This document shows, one piece after another, positions 39,966-49,343 of a stretch of DNA of 64,000 nt (the stretch's first letter is position 1; every line of letters begins with the position of its first letter). The position numbers and the translations under genes were made by a program. Origin of the DNA: an uncultured Clostridium sp. (GTDB taxonomy: Bacteria; Bacillota_I; Bacilli_A; RF39; UBA660); NCBI GenBank assembly GCA_946414595.1, contig CAMKPE010000004.1, forward strand, positions 28,277 to 92,276. Reading direction: 5' to 3'. A model generated the notes under the pieces. It made no database searches. It was not told the DNA's origin and saw only the letters and a program-made list of their open reading frames with translations.

Positions 39966-40895
39966 TTGGAAAAACACGTTAGTGTCCTTTTAAATGAATC
40001 AATTGAAGGTTTAAATTTAAAAGAAGACGGTATTTATGTAGACTGCACACTTGGGTATGCAGGGCATTCCAGCGAAATTTTAAAAAGAATTAAAAAAGGG
40101 TATTTATTCGCCATAGATCAGGATAGCGATGCGATTGAGAGTAGTCGAAAAAGATTATCAGCAATTGGTAATAACTTCACTATAATCAAAAGTAACTTTT
40201 CTAATCTAAAAGTAGAATTAAAAAGGGAAAATGTTTTATTTGTAGACGGTTTTTTATTTGATTTAGGTGTTTCATCTGTCCAATTAGATGATGCCGAAAG
40301 AGGCTTTAGCTATCATAATGAAGCAAAGCTAGATATGAGAATGGACAAAGAAGGTAAATTCTCAGCATACGATTTAGTTAATACTTATTCTGAGAAAGAG
40401 TTGAGAGATATATTCTTCAAATATGGTGAAGAAAAGTTCTCAAGTAGTATTGCTAGAAATATTGTCAAATATAGAGAAAACAAAAAAATTGAAACAACCT
40501 TAGAATTAGCAGATATAATTTCAAATTCTGTTCCTATGAAAGCCAAAAGGGAACACCATCCTGCGAGAAAAGTATTTCAAGCAATAAGGATTGAAGTTAA
40601 TCATGAGCTTGATGTTTTAGAATCCGCTTTAAAGGATGCCTTATCAATGCTTAATGTAGGTGGAAGAATTTGTGTTATTACATTTCATTCATTAGAGGAT
40701 AGAATTGTAAAGAACGTATTTAAAGAATATACAGAAGTAGATCCTAAAGTAAAAGGTCTTCCAGATATACCTTTAGAATATCTGCCTGATTATAAGTTAA
40801 TAAATAGAAATGTAATTATTCCGAGCGAAGAAGAATTATTAAACAACAATAGATCACGCAGCGCAAAACTAAGAATAATAGAGAGAATAAAATAG
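39966..40895 (+). CDS. rsmH: 16S rRNA m4C1402 methyltransferase
   Basis: HVSVLL, DCTLGYAGHS, DLGVSS and RSRSAKLR motifs; probable TTG start. Confidence 0.97.
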   Translation: MEKHVSVLLNESIEGLNLKEDGIYVDCTLGYAGHSSEILKRIKKGYLFAIDQDSDAIESSRKRLSAIGNNFTIIKSNFSNLKVELKRENVLFVDGFLFDLGVSSVQLDDAERGFSYHNEAKLDMRMDKEGKFSAYDLVNTYSEKELRDIFFKYGEEKFSSSIARNIVKYRENKKIETTLELADIISNSVPMKAKREHHPARKVFQAIRIEVNHELDVLESALKDALSMLNVGGRICVITFHSLEDRIVKNVFKEYTEVDPKVKGLPDIPLEYLPDYKLINRNVIIPSEEELLNNNRSRSAKLRIIERIK

Positions 40896-40905
40896 GGTGA
40901 TTATT

Positions 40906-41199
40906 ATGACAAAAAAAGTAAAGAAAGTAGTAAAGATTAGTAAGATTGAAAAGTTAATCTATGGTATTGCATTATCTTTGATGGTAGCGCTTCCTTTTAC
41001 TATTGTATTTTTACAAGCTACTTTGTCAAAGATAAATGTTCAATGTGAACAAGTAAAGAAAGAGATTAAAACTCAAATTAAAAAGAATGAATCACTATCT
41101 ATGAAAATTAATGAACTTGCATCACTAGATAAAATTATCGAAGTTGCACATAATCAAGGATTGAGTTATAATAATGATAATATAAAATCAGTTGAATAG
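40906..41199 (+). CDS. ftsL: Cell division protein FtsL
   Basis: Basic N-terminus, one TM, coiled coil; position after rsmH. Confidence 0.85.
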   Translation: MTKKVKKVVKISKIEKLIYGIALSLMVALPFTIVFLQATLSKINVQCEQVKKEIKTQIKKNESLSMKINELASLDKIIEVAHNQGLSYNNDNIKSVE

Positions 41200-41209
41200 G
41201 TGATTATAA

Positions 41210-43369
41210 ATGAAAAAAGAAAGACATGAATTAAGAAATATAAAATTTAGTAAATTATATATCTTATTCGGTCTTTTTCTTTTTGGATTAATATTATATA
41301 GAATGGGAACTCTATCGTTAAATAAAGAAGTTGAGGGAGTTAATCTTCAAAGTATGGCTAGTAATAGAACAACAAGAAAAGAAATACTTTATTCAAGAAG
41401 AGGTACTGTATATGATGTTAATGGTAATCCACTGGCACAAAATATTTCTTCTTATACTTTAATCGCATATTTATCTTCATCAAGAACAACTGATCCTAAT
41501 AAACCTAAACATGTTGTAGATGTAGATTATACAGCAGAAGAGTTATCTAAAGTATTAAATGTTCCTAAAGAGCAATTAGTTAAATATTTATCAAGAGAAA
41601 ATGTATATCAAGTAGAACTTGGACCAGGAACTAAGAATTTAACTGAGTTAAAGAAAGATGAGATAAAGGCACTTAATCTTCCTGGTATTGATTTTATAGA
41701 GACCCAACAAAGATATTATCCTAATGGACAATTTGCTTCTTATATCATTGGTTATGCTAGAAAGAAAGAAGTAACTAATGAAGAAGGGGAGACTGTTGAA
41801 GATATAGTAGGTGAGATGGGAATTGAATCTTACTATAACAATGTATTAACTGGTACTAATGGATATAACTTATATCAAAAAGATAGAAGCGGTTATAAGA
41901 TTGCAGGAACACAGGATATTACTGTACCTGCAGAAGATGGACATGATGTTTATTTAACAATAAATACTAATGTACAATTATTTGTAGAAGATGCTATAAA
42001 CGAATTACAAAGATCTTGTAAATCTGAATCAATCATAATTATTCTTGCAGATGCTAAAACGGGTGCAATTCTTGCAAGTGGTACTTATCCTTCATTTGAT
42101 CCAAATGTTAAGAATATATCTTCTTATTTGAATCCTAATGTTTCTGTAGCATTTGAGCCAGGAAGTACTATGAAGATATTCTCATATATGGCTGCTATGG
42201 AGAATGGTTTCTATAAGGGTGATGACAAATATAAATCTGGTATATTTAAAGCTAATGATGGAACTGAAATAGGTGACTGGAACAGAAATGGTTGGGGTTA
42301 TATTACTTATGATGCTGGATTTGCATTATCAAGTAATACTGCTGTTATGAACTTAATTGATAAGTATATGAATGCTGAAATGTTAAGAGAATACTACAAG
42401 AGGCTTGGTTTTGGTAGTAAAACAGGAATTGAACTTCCAAATGAGACAGCAGGTAAGTTAAACTTTAAATATCAAACAGAGATTTTGAATGCTGGATTTG
42501 GTCAAGGTATTACAACAACACCAATTCAAAATATTAAAGCCTTAACGGCAATATCAAATGATGGAATATTACTACAACCTTATATTGTTGATAAGATTGT
42601 AGATTCTGATACTGGTGAAGTTATTTATCAAGGCAAGAAGACTGAACTAGAGCGTGTTGCAAGCATAAAGACAGTAAATAAAATGAAAGAGTTAATGAGA
42701 AGTGTTGTTACAGGTAACTCAAGTAATTCAACTGGATATTACTATTATATGGATGGTTATGACTTTATTGCTAAAACAGGAACTGCTCAGGTTGCTAGTG
42801 AAAATGGAAAAGGTTATACTGGAGGAATCATTAGAGGGTTAGCCGGAATGTTCCCTGGTAATGACCCACAAGTGCTTTTATATATGGCAGTTAAAAACCC
42901 TTCATGTGGATCTGCAACAAAACCATTTAAAACATTTATTCAAAGCATAATAAAAAATACTAGTAAGTATTTAGAGATATACGATGAATCAAAGCAAAAT
43001 ACAGCAAAACTTGAAACATATGTAGTAGATTCATACATTAATAAAGATGTTAAGACTGCTGCAAATAGTTTAAATGTTAATTCAATTGAAACAGTTATAT
43101 TAGGAGATGGAGATAAAGTAATTGCTCAATATCCTATAAAAGGAACTGAAATAAATAAAATAGATAAAGTATTCTTACTTACTAATTCAAATGTTAAAAT
43201 GCCTGACTTACATGGTTATAGTGTAAGAGACTTTAAAGCCTTTGCAAGTTTAGTAGGAGTAAAATACAAAATAGATGGAATAGGATACTTAGTAAGTCAA
43301 AGTATTGTACCTGGTGATCCTATTAAAGAAGATAGTGTACTAGAAGTAAAATTTGAAGCTAGATATTAA
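41210..43369 (+). CDS. pbpB: Class B division PBP (PBP2B/2x type) with PASTA domains
   Basis: EPGSTMK, SSN and KTGTAQ motifs; C-terminal PASTA-like region. Confidence 0.92.
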   Translation: MKKERHELRNIKFSKLYILFGLFLFGLILYRMGTLSLNKEVEGVNLQSMASNRTTRKEILYSRRGTVYDVNGNPLAQNISSYTLIAYLSSSRTTDPNKPKHVVDVDYTAEELSKVLNVPKEQLVKYLSRENVYQVELGPGTKNLTELKKDEIKALNLPGIDFIETQQRYYPNGQFASYIIGYARKKEVTNEEGETVEDIVGEMGIESYYNNVLTGTNGYNLYQKDRSGYKIAGTQDITVPAEDGHDVYLTINTNVQLFVEDAINELQRSCKSESIIIILADAKTGAILASGTYPSFDPNVKNISSYLNPNVSVAFEPGSTMKIFSYMAAMENGFYKGDDKYKSGIFKANDGTEIGDWNRNGWGYITYDAGFALSSNTAVMNLIDKYMNAEMLREYYKRLGFGSKTGIELPNETAGKLNFKYQTEILNAGFGQGITTTPIQNIKALTAISNDGILLQPYIVDKIVDSDTGEVIYQGKKTELERVASIKTVNKMKELMRSVVTGNSSNSTGYYYYMDGYDFIAKTGTAQVASENGKGYTGGIIRGLAGMFPGNDPQVLLYMAVKNPSCGSATKPFKTFIQSIIKNTSKYLEIYDESKQNTAKLETYVVDSYINKDVKTAANSLNVNSIETVILGDGDKVIAQYPIKGTEINKIDKVFLLTNSNVKMPDLHGYSVRDFKAFASLVGVKYKIDGIGYLVSQSIVPGDPIKEDSVLEVKFEARY

Positions 43370-43391
43370 AAAAACAGGTTTATACCTGTTT

Positions 43392-43940
43392 TTATATTGC
43401 TCTATAAGTGTCTTTATATTTGAAAGGATTTTTAGGATCAATTCGATCTATAAATAGAATTCCGTTTAAATGATCTATTTCATGTTGGAAGACAATTGCT
43501 AACTCTTCACGAGCTCTAATAGTTACTGGATTACCATCCATATCGTATCCTTCAACTGTGATTCTAGCACATCTTGGTACTATTCCTACTGTTGGACGAT
43601 TAATACTTAAGCATCCTTCACCATCTTCAACATAAATCTTTTCTTTTGATTCACTAACTATTTTTGGATTTATTACAACATATGTATCAAAGTGACCTTC
43701 ACTTGATTCATGTACAATAGTTATATATCTTTTTAAAACTCCAATTTGTACCGCAGACATTCCCATACCTGGACGAAGACAATATTTTTCTGCTAATTCA
43801 TCAATTTGACTATTAGTTAAGTATTCAATCATTAGTCTAATATTTTCTTTATCTTCATCAGTTAAAGGAAATTCTACATCTTTACTTTTTTGTCTTAGAA
43901 TTTTATCTTTTTCATCTACAATATCCTTAGTTCTAAGCAT
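43392..43940 (-). CDS. def: Peptide deformylase (type 2)
   Basis: GMGMSAVQ, EGCLS and QHEIDHLNG motifs. Confidence 0.96.
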   Translation of the reverse strand: MLRTKDIVDEKDKILRQKSKDVEFPLTDEDKENIRLMIEYLTNSQIDELAEKYCLRPGMGMSAVQIGVLKRYITIVHESSEGHFDTYVVINPKIVSESKEKIYVEDGEGCLSINRPTVGIVPRCARITVEGYDMDGNPVTIRAREELAIVFQHEIDHLNGILFIDRIDPKNPFKYKDTYRAI

Positions 43941-43996
43941 AAATACACCTCTACTAGAGATATTTTATCATAAAATCCTTTGTTTTTAAAGACATT

Positions 43997-44140
43997 TTAT
44001 CTATTTGTTCTTGAACCAATTACTATTACTAATAAAATAAATAATACTAGAACGATTGCATAATTATTGTTTCCTTGATAGTACATTGGATAAGGTTGAA
44101 AGTTAGAGTTGCAGCAACTTCCTCCTCCATAATAATACAT
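43997..44140 (-). CDS. 47-aa YjcZ/SscA-family small spore protein (not in ORF track)
   Basis: Manual translation MYYYGGGSCCNSNFQPYPMYYQGNNNYAIVLVLFILLVIVIGSRTNR. GGAGG RBS. VLFILLxIV signature. Confidence 0.85.
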   Translation of the reverse strand: MYYYGGGSCCNSNFQPYPMYYQGNNNYAIVLVLFILLVIVIGSRTNR

Positions 44141-44159
44141 TTACATACCTCCATTCTAA

Positions 44160-44188
44160 TATAGTGTATTTTAAAAAAGGAAATATGC
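44160..44188 (-). promoter_or_regulatory. Putative sigmaG-like promoter of the YjcZ-family gene
   Basis: Minus strand reads GCATA-N17-CACTATA. Confidence 0.45.
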
Positions 44189-44255
44189 TACTACATTAGT
44201 CTATGGGTAATTATCATTAATGTGTTATAATACTATTAGACTTTTAGAGGTGCTT

Positions 44256-46430
44256 ATGAACGATTATATAACTGGAAGTGTTAGAAAGATTATTTTTAGA
44301 AGTGATAATGGTTACCTTGTAGGAATATTTAAAGTAAAAGATTCTACAGGTTCTTTTGAGTACCTTAAAAATACGTCTTTATCATTTACTGGTTATTTTC
44401 ATGAGTTAGATGAATCTGATAATTATAAGTTCTTTGGAAGTATTGTAAATCATCCTAAATACGGAGAACAGTTTAATGTTACTATGTATGAAAGAGTAAT
44501 ACCTGAAGAGAAGGATTCTATTGTAGAGTTCTTATCTAGTGGTACTTTTAAAGGTATTGGTGAGAAGACTGCAGAGAAAGTTGTTAGTGTACTTGGAGAT
44601 GATGCTTTAAAGATTATTATTGATCACCCTGAAGAGTTACTTCTTGTACAAGGAATAACTAAGAAACAGATAGATACACTTCATAATACACTTCTTGAAT
44701 ATTCAAGTAGTTATAATACAATACTTAAACTAAATGATTATGGGTTTTCTACTAAAGAGTCTATGATTATTTATAATAAATATAAAGCAGGTACTTTAAA
44801 GATTGTAGAAGATAACTTATATAGTTTAGTAGAAGACATAAAAGATATATCTTTTAAGAAAGTTGATTCTATAGCATTAAAACTAGAATATGATAGATTA
44901 GATAAAAGAAGAGTAGTAGCAGCAATTCTTTATACAATGGAAGAGTTATGTAATACGATGAGTCACTGTTATCTTCATATAGATATGATATATAAGTTTA
45001 CTCAAAATGTATTACAGACTTATATTTCTGAAGAATTATTTATTGAATGTATGAATTCATTAATTGTAGATTTAAAAGTTATTAAGACAGATGAGAAATA
45101 TTATTTAAGAAGTATGTGGGATGCTGAAGAGAATATTGTAAATAGAATAATACTTCTTAATAAAAAGAAAGATGATAAGATTGATAACTTGGATAGTATT
45201 ATTAGTGAACTAGAAAAGAATAATCAAATAGAATACAATGAAGAACAAAAACAAGCTATATGTAATTCTGTATTGAAAGACTTCCTTATTATTACAGGAG
45301 GTCCTGGAACAGGAAAGACTACAATAGTATCTTCAATTATAGAGTTATATAGAAGAATTAATAAATTAAGTTATGAAGGTTTGCTTCGTGATATTGCACT
45401 TCTTGCTCCAACTGGAAGAGCTAGTAAAAGATTATCAGAGAAAGCAATGTTTCCAGCATCAACAATTCATAGTTTTCTTAAATGGAATAAAGAATCAGAT
45501 AGATTTCAAGTAAATGAACGTAATAAGAGTGATGTTAAACTTGTAATAATAGATGAATCAAGTATGGTTGATGTTCTTTTATTCTCATCATTATTAAAGG
45601 GTCTTAGAAATGATACAAGAATTGTTATGGTTGGAGATTATGATCAATTACCTAGTGTAGGACCAGGACAATTATTAAAAGACTTAATAGAGTCAGAACT
45701 ATTAAATGTAATATCATTAAAGAAGTTATATAGACAAGGAGATAATTCTTCAATAATAACTCTTGCTCATGATATTAATAGTGGTATCATTAATGAAAAC
45801 TTATTTAATGTTAATCCTGATTTAGATTTTATAGAAACTAAAAATGTATTAGAAGTATTAAGTGAGATATGTGATACTTATAAAGATGATTCTTATAATG
45901 ACTTTCAAGTTTTAGTACCTATGTATAAAGGTATTAATGGAATAGATAATTTTAATAAGAAATTACAAGATATATTTAATCCTAAATCTAAGAATAAGAA
46001 AGAATTGTTAGTGGGAGAATCTTTCTATAGAGAATGTGATAAAGTATTACAACTTGTTAATATGCCTGATGAGAGAATTTATAATGGAGATATAGGAATA
46101 ATTTCTCATATAGATAATAAAGATATAGTAGTAGATTTTGATATAAGTGAAGTAAGATTTACTCCTGCAAACTTTAATAAGTTTAAACATGGATATGCGA
46201 TAAGTATTCATAAAAGCCAAGGAAGTGAATTTGATACAGTAGTTATTCCAGTAGTTAAAGAATATAATAAAATGCTTTATAGAAAGCTTTATTATACTGC
46301 CGTAACAAGATGTAAGAATAAACTTATATTGATAGGAGATATGGAAGCATTAAAGATGGCAGTAGCAAATAACAATCAAGATATTAGAATGACTTCTATT
46401 AAAGAAAAATTAATAAATAAAAGTATATAA
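44256..46430 (+). CDS. recD2: RecD2 helicase
   Basis: HPKYGEQF, GGPGTGKT, APTGRA, DESSM and HKSQGSEF motifs. Confidence 0.96.
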   Translation: MNDYITGSVRKIIFRSDNGYLVGIFKVKDSTGSFEYLKNTSLSFTGYFHELDESDNYKFFGSIVNHPKYGEQFNVTMYERVIPEEKDSIVEFLSSGTFKGIGEKTAEKVVSVLGDDALKIIIDHPEELLLVQGITKKQIDTLHNTLLEYSSSYNTILKLNDYGFSTKESMIIYNKYKAGTLKIVEDNLYSLVEDIKDISFKKVDSIALKLEYDRLDKRRVVAAILYTMEELCNTMSHCYLHIDMIYKFTQNVLQTYISEELFIECMNSLIVDLKVIKTDEKYYLRSMWDAEENIVNRIILLNKKKDDKIDNLDSIISELEKNNQIEYNEEQKQAICNSVLKDFLIITGGPGTGKTTIVSSIIELYRRINKLSYEGLLRDIALLAPTGRASKRLSEKAMFPASTIHSFLKWNKESDRFQVNERNKSDVKLVIIDESSMVDVLLFSSLLKGLRNDTRIVMVGDYDQLPSVGPGQLLKDLIESELLNVISLKKLYRQGDNSSIITLAHDINSGIINENLFNVNPDLDFIETKNVLEVLSEICDTYKDDSYNDFQVLVPMYKGINGIDNFNKKLQDIFNPKSKNKKELLVGESFYRECDKVLQLVNMPDERIYNGDIGIISHIDNKDIVVDFDISEVRFTPANFNKFKHGYAISIHKSQGSEFDTVVIPVVKEYNKMLYRKLYYTAVTRCKNKLILIGDMEALKMAVANNNQDIRMTSIKEKLINKSI

Positions 46431-46451
46431 TCATATAATTGATCCATAATA
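46423..46451 (+). promoter_or_regulatory. sigmaG-type forespore promoter
   Basis: GTATA-N17-CATAATA matches the GHATR-N17/18-CATAHTA consensus exactly. Confidence 0.65.
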
Positions 46452-46490
46452 ATAGTGTACTAGTACAGTATCATATTTAGAGGTGATTGT

Positions 46491-46649
46491 ATGAATAATA
46501 TGCTTAAAGTACTAGCAATAATGGGAATAGGATTAGGATCTTTTATGATTTATAAACTATATAACCCAGAGTGTGTTCAAGATATGAAAGAAACACTTGA
46601 TAACCTTACTAAAAGTGCTAGTAAAAAGATGGGAAATATGATGCAATAG
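46491..46649 (+). CDS. 52-aa small membrane protein, YrzQ-like (not in ORF track)
   Basis: MNNMLKVLAIMGIGLGSFMIYKLYNPECVQDMKETLDNLTKSASKKMGNMMQ. GAGGTG RBS and own terminator at 46651-46674. Same position as yrzQ (between recD2 and yrrI) in B. subtilis. Confidence 0.75.
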   Translation: MNNMLKVLAIMGIGLGSFMIYKLYNPECVQDMKETLDNLTKSASKKMGNMMQ

Positions 46650-46727
46650 AAAGTCAAGTATTACTTGACTTTTTCATTGTTTTAAAATAAATAGTTTGTT
46701 ATAATAATAGGCTAATAGGAGGGACTT

Positions 46728-47879
46728 ATGTTTTTTAGAAAAAAGAAAGATGAAAAGAAATTAGATGTTGCCTCTATTAATGAACTTGTTTCTATTAGTA
46801 AAAGAGTAGTTAATATAATATTTGTTTTAGGAATCGGTTGTCTTATATATTTAATTAGTCGTTTACTAGTTGATTGGGGCGTATTACATGGTATTAAAAC
46901 ATTAATTAAGATAATGGCACCTTTATTTATTGGATTTATAATAGCGTGGCTATTAGATCCGTTAGTAGATTTCTTACAGACTAAAGGATGGAAAAGAAAT
47001 ATTGCAACGTTTTTGGTATTCTTTATGTTTCTTTTGCTTCTTGTTCTGTTCTTCTATTTAGTCATTCCTACAATAGGAAGGCAAATACAAGATGCCATTG
47101 GAATGCTTCCTGGTGTTATAGATAATATGACTTCATGGGTAAATAACTTCTTTGATAGATTAACTAAGATATATGATTATGATTTTACAACTATTAAAGA
47201 TAATATATTTACTGCTATGAATAATTATGCTAATACTATTACTGAAGGAATGCCTAATACTATATTTAAGATATTATCTGCACTAATAAGTGGAGGAATA
47301 ACATTCATAATTAGTTTATTTATAGCATTCTACTTATTATTTGATTTTGATAACTTTAGAAAGAAATTATTAAGCTTCTTGCCAAAGAAGATACATAAAG
47401 ATACAGTTCTTTTAATCGATAGATTAGATGATTCTTTAAAGAATTATGTTCAAGGTACTATTTTTGTAACAATAATATTATTTACATTTCAATCACTTGG
47501 ATTTGTAATAGCAGGACTTAAAGCACCACTTGTATTTGGACTTATTTGTGCAATTACAAACATAATACCTTATGTAGGACCTTATATTGGAGGAATACCA
47601 GCAGTTATTGTAGGATTCTCAATTAGTCCAGTGGTTGGATTCTTAACATTATTATCAGTAATAATTTCTCAATTTTTAGAAAGTTATATCTTGACTCCAA
47701 TCGTATTAAGTAAGACAATGAAATTGCATCCAGTAACAATTATTATTGGACTCTTGATATTCGAACACTTCTTTGGAATAATTGGAATGCTTATTTCTAC
47801 ACCGGTTATTTCATGTTTGAAGATTGTAATAACGTTTATAGATGAAAGGTTTAAAATATTTGAAAAGATTAAAGGATAG
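46728..47879 (+). CDS. AI-2E family transporter (YrrI-like)
   Basis: Polytopic membrane protein with NIIPYVGP and KLHP motifs. Confidence 0.9.
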   Translation: MFFRKKKDEKKLDVASINELVSISKRVVNIIFVLGIGCLIYLISRLLVDWGVLHGIKTLIKIMAPLFIGFIIAWLLDPLVDFLQTKGWKRNIATFLVFFMFLLLLVLFFYLVIPTIGRQIQDAIGMLPGVIDNMTSWVNNFFDRLTKIYDYDFTTIKDNIFTAMNNYANTITEGMPNTIFKILSALISGGITFIISLFIAFYLLFDFDNFRKKLLSFLPKKIHKDTVLLIDRLDDSLKNYVQGTIFVTIILFTFQSLGFVIAGLKAPLVFGLICAITNIIPYVGPYIGGIPAVIVGFSISPVVGFLTLLSVIISQFLESYILTPIVLSKTMKLHPVTIIIGLLIFEHFFGIIGMLISTPVISCLKIVITFIDERFKIFEKIKG

Positions 47880-47893
47880 TTTTAGGAGGTTTT

Positions 47894-48436
47894 ATGGTTA
47901 TAGAAAAAGATAAAATAAACGGAATAGTAGATTTAGAAAGCAATGTAAGAGTTATTAATTTATTTCCTTTATTTGATAACTTTAGTGATTTAGTTATTGA
48001 AGGAATAAAAGTAGGAGATAAAAGTTTTGACTTTTGTAAACATTATACTGATATAGTAATTAAATCAGATGATGGAAGAGTATTATCAGCAAATGCTAAC
48101 TTTATGGAAGAATGGAATAGTCAACATAGACCTAAATCTTTAGTAGGATTTAAATATAAAGTTGATGATGGATTTCTAAAAGTAACATCTAAACTAGATA
48201 ATAGATGGATGTATTTTGGTTATTATCCAGATGACCATTTAACAGTAGATGAAATGATGCCAAATATTAAATGTGAGGTAGATACGCCAAAAGATGATTA
48301 CTCAAGTTATTTATTAACTAGTGATGAAATTGGTGGAGTTTGTGACCATGTTTTGGATAGATTCAAATTTATTAGATTTGCAGATTCTGATAAGAAGAAT
48401 TCTAATAAAGGAAAACTATTGATTAATTCGCATTAA
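47894..48436 (+). CDS. Orphan cytoplasmic hypothetical protein
   Basis: AGGAGG RBS, 180-aa ORF, no recognised motif. Confidence 0.7.
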   Translation: MVIEKDKINGIVDLESNVRVINLFPLFDNFSDLVIEGIKVGDKSFDFCKHYTDIVIKSDDGRVLSANANFMEEWNSQHRPKSLVGFKYKVDDGFLKVTSKLDNRWMYFGYYPDDHLTVDEMMPNIKCEVDTPKDDYSSYLLTSDEIGGVCDHVLDRFKFIRFADSDKKNSNKGKLLINSH

Positions 48437-48469
48437 TTTGTTAAAATGTATAATGAATTAAATATTTAA

Positions 48470-48660
48470 GAGACGTCGATTGAAGATGAGTACTAATAAA
48501 AGTTTTAAAGAGAGGCTTTGTAAGGTGTAAAAAGCTAAATGTATATTAGGAAGGCTACTTTATGAGTCTTTCGGTAAAACCGTTATGTTAATTAAGACCA
48601 AAATAGGATGGTACCGTGATTAGTCGCTCCTATGTTTTGGTCTTTTTATTTTTTAGGAGG
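48470..48660 (+). promoter_or_regulatory. T-box riboswitch (Ala) with an atypical expression platform
   Basis: AGAGA and GGTG.AA motifs; specifier GCT at 48554; T-box AGGATGGTACCGTG at 48605. No canonical downstream terminator hairpin. Confidence 0.88.
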
Positions 48661-48665
48661 AAATT

Positions 48666-49343
48666 ATGAATTATAAGATTGCAATTGATGGACCTAGTGG
48701 AACAGGAAAGAGTACTATTGCTAAATTATTAGCAAAGAAGTTATCTTTCGTTTATATTGATACAGGAGCGATGTATCGTGCTGTTGGATTATACTGTTAC
48801 AACAATGGTATAGATATTAATGATGAAGAAAAAGTTGTAGGAAGCCTTGATAACATCGATATTAATATGTTTTATAAAGATGGAGTACAAGAGATTGAAC
48901 TTAATGGTGAAATAGTAAGTGATGCTATTAGAGAAAACCATATATCTAAGTGTGCATCAGTTGTATCAGCTTATCAACCAGTTCGTGATAGACTTGTAAC
49001 AATGCAAAGAGCATTAGCTGAAAAAAACTCTGTAATTATGGATGGAAGAGATATTGGAACTGTAGTAATGCCTGATGCTGATTTGAAAGTTTATATGACT
49101 GTTGCTGATGAAGTAAGAGCAGAAAGACGTTATAAAGAATTAATTGAAAAAGGACAAGATGTCACATATGAAAAAGTATTAGAAGAACTAAAAGAAAGAG
49201 ATTTTCGTGATATGAATAGAGAGAATAGTCCTTTGAAAAAAGCTGATGACGCTATTATAGTTGATAATACTGATACTACAATCGATGAAGTGGTAGATAA
49301 AGTATATGATTTGTTTAAAGAGAAAGTAGGTAATATAGAATGA
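48666..49343 (+). CDS. cmk: Cytidylate kinase
   Basis: IDGPSGTGKST, DTGAMYR and DGRDIGT motifs. Confidence 0.97.
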   Translation: MNYKIAIDGPSGTGKSTIAKLLAKKLSFVYIDTGAMYRAVGLYCYNNGIDINDEEKVVGSLDNIDINMFYKDGVQEIELNGEIVSDAIRENHISKCASVVSAYQPVRDRLVTMQRALAEKNSVIMDGRDIGTVVMPDADLKVYMTVADEVRAERRYKELIEKGQDVTYEKVLEELKERDFRDMNRENSPLKKADDAIIVDNTDTTIDEVVDKVYDLFKEKVGNIE

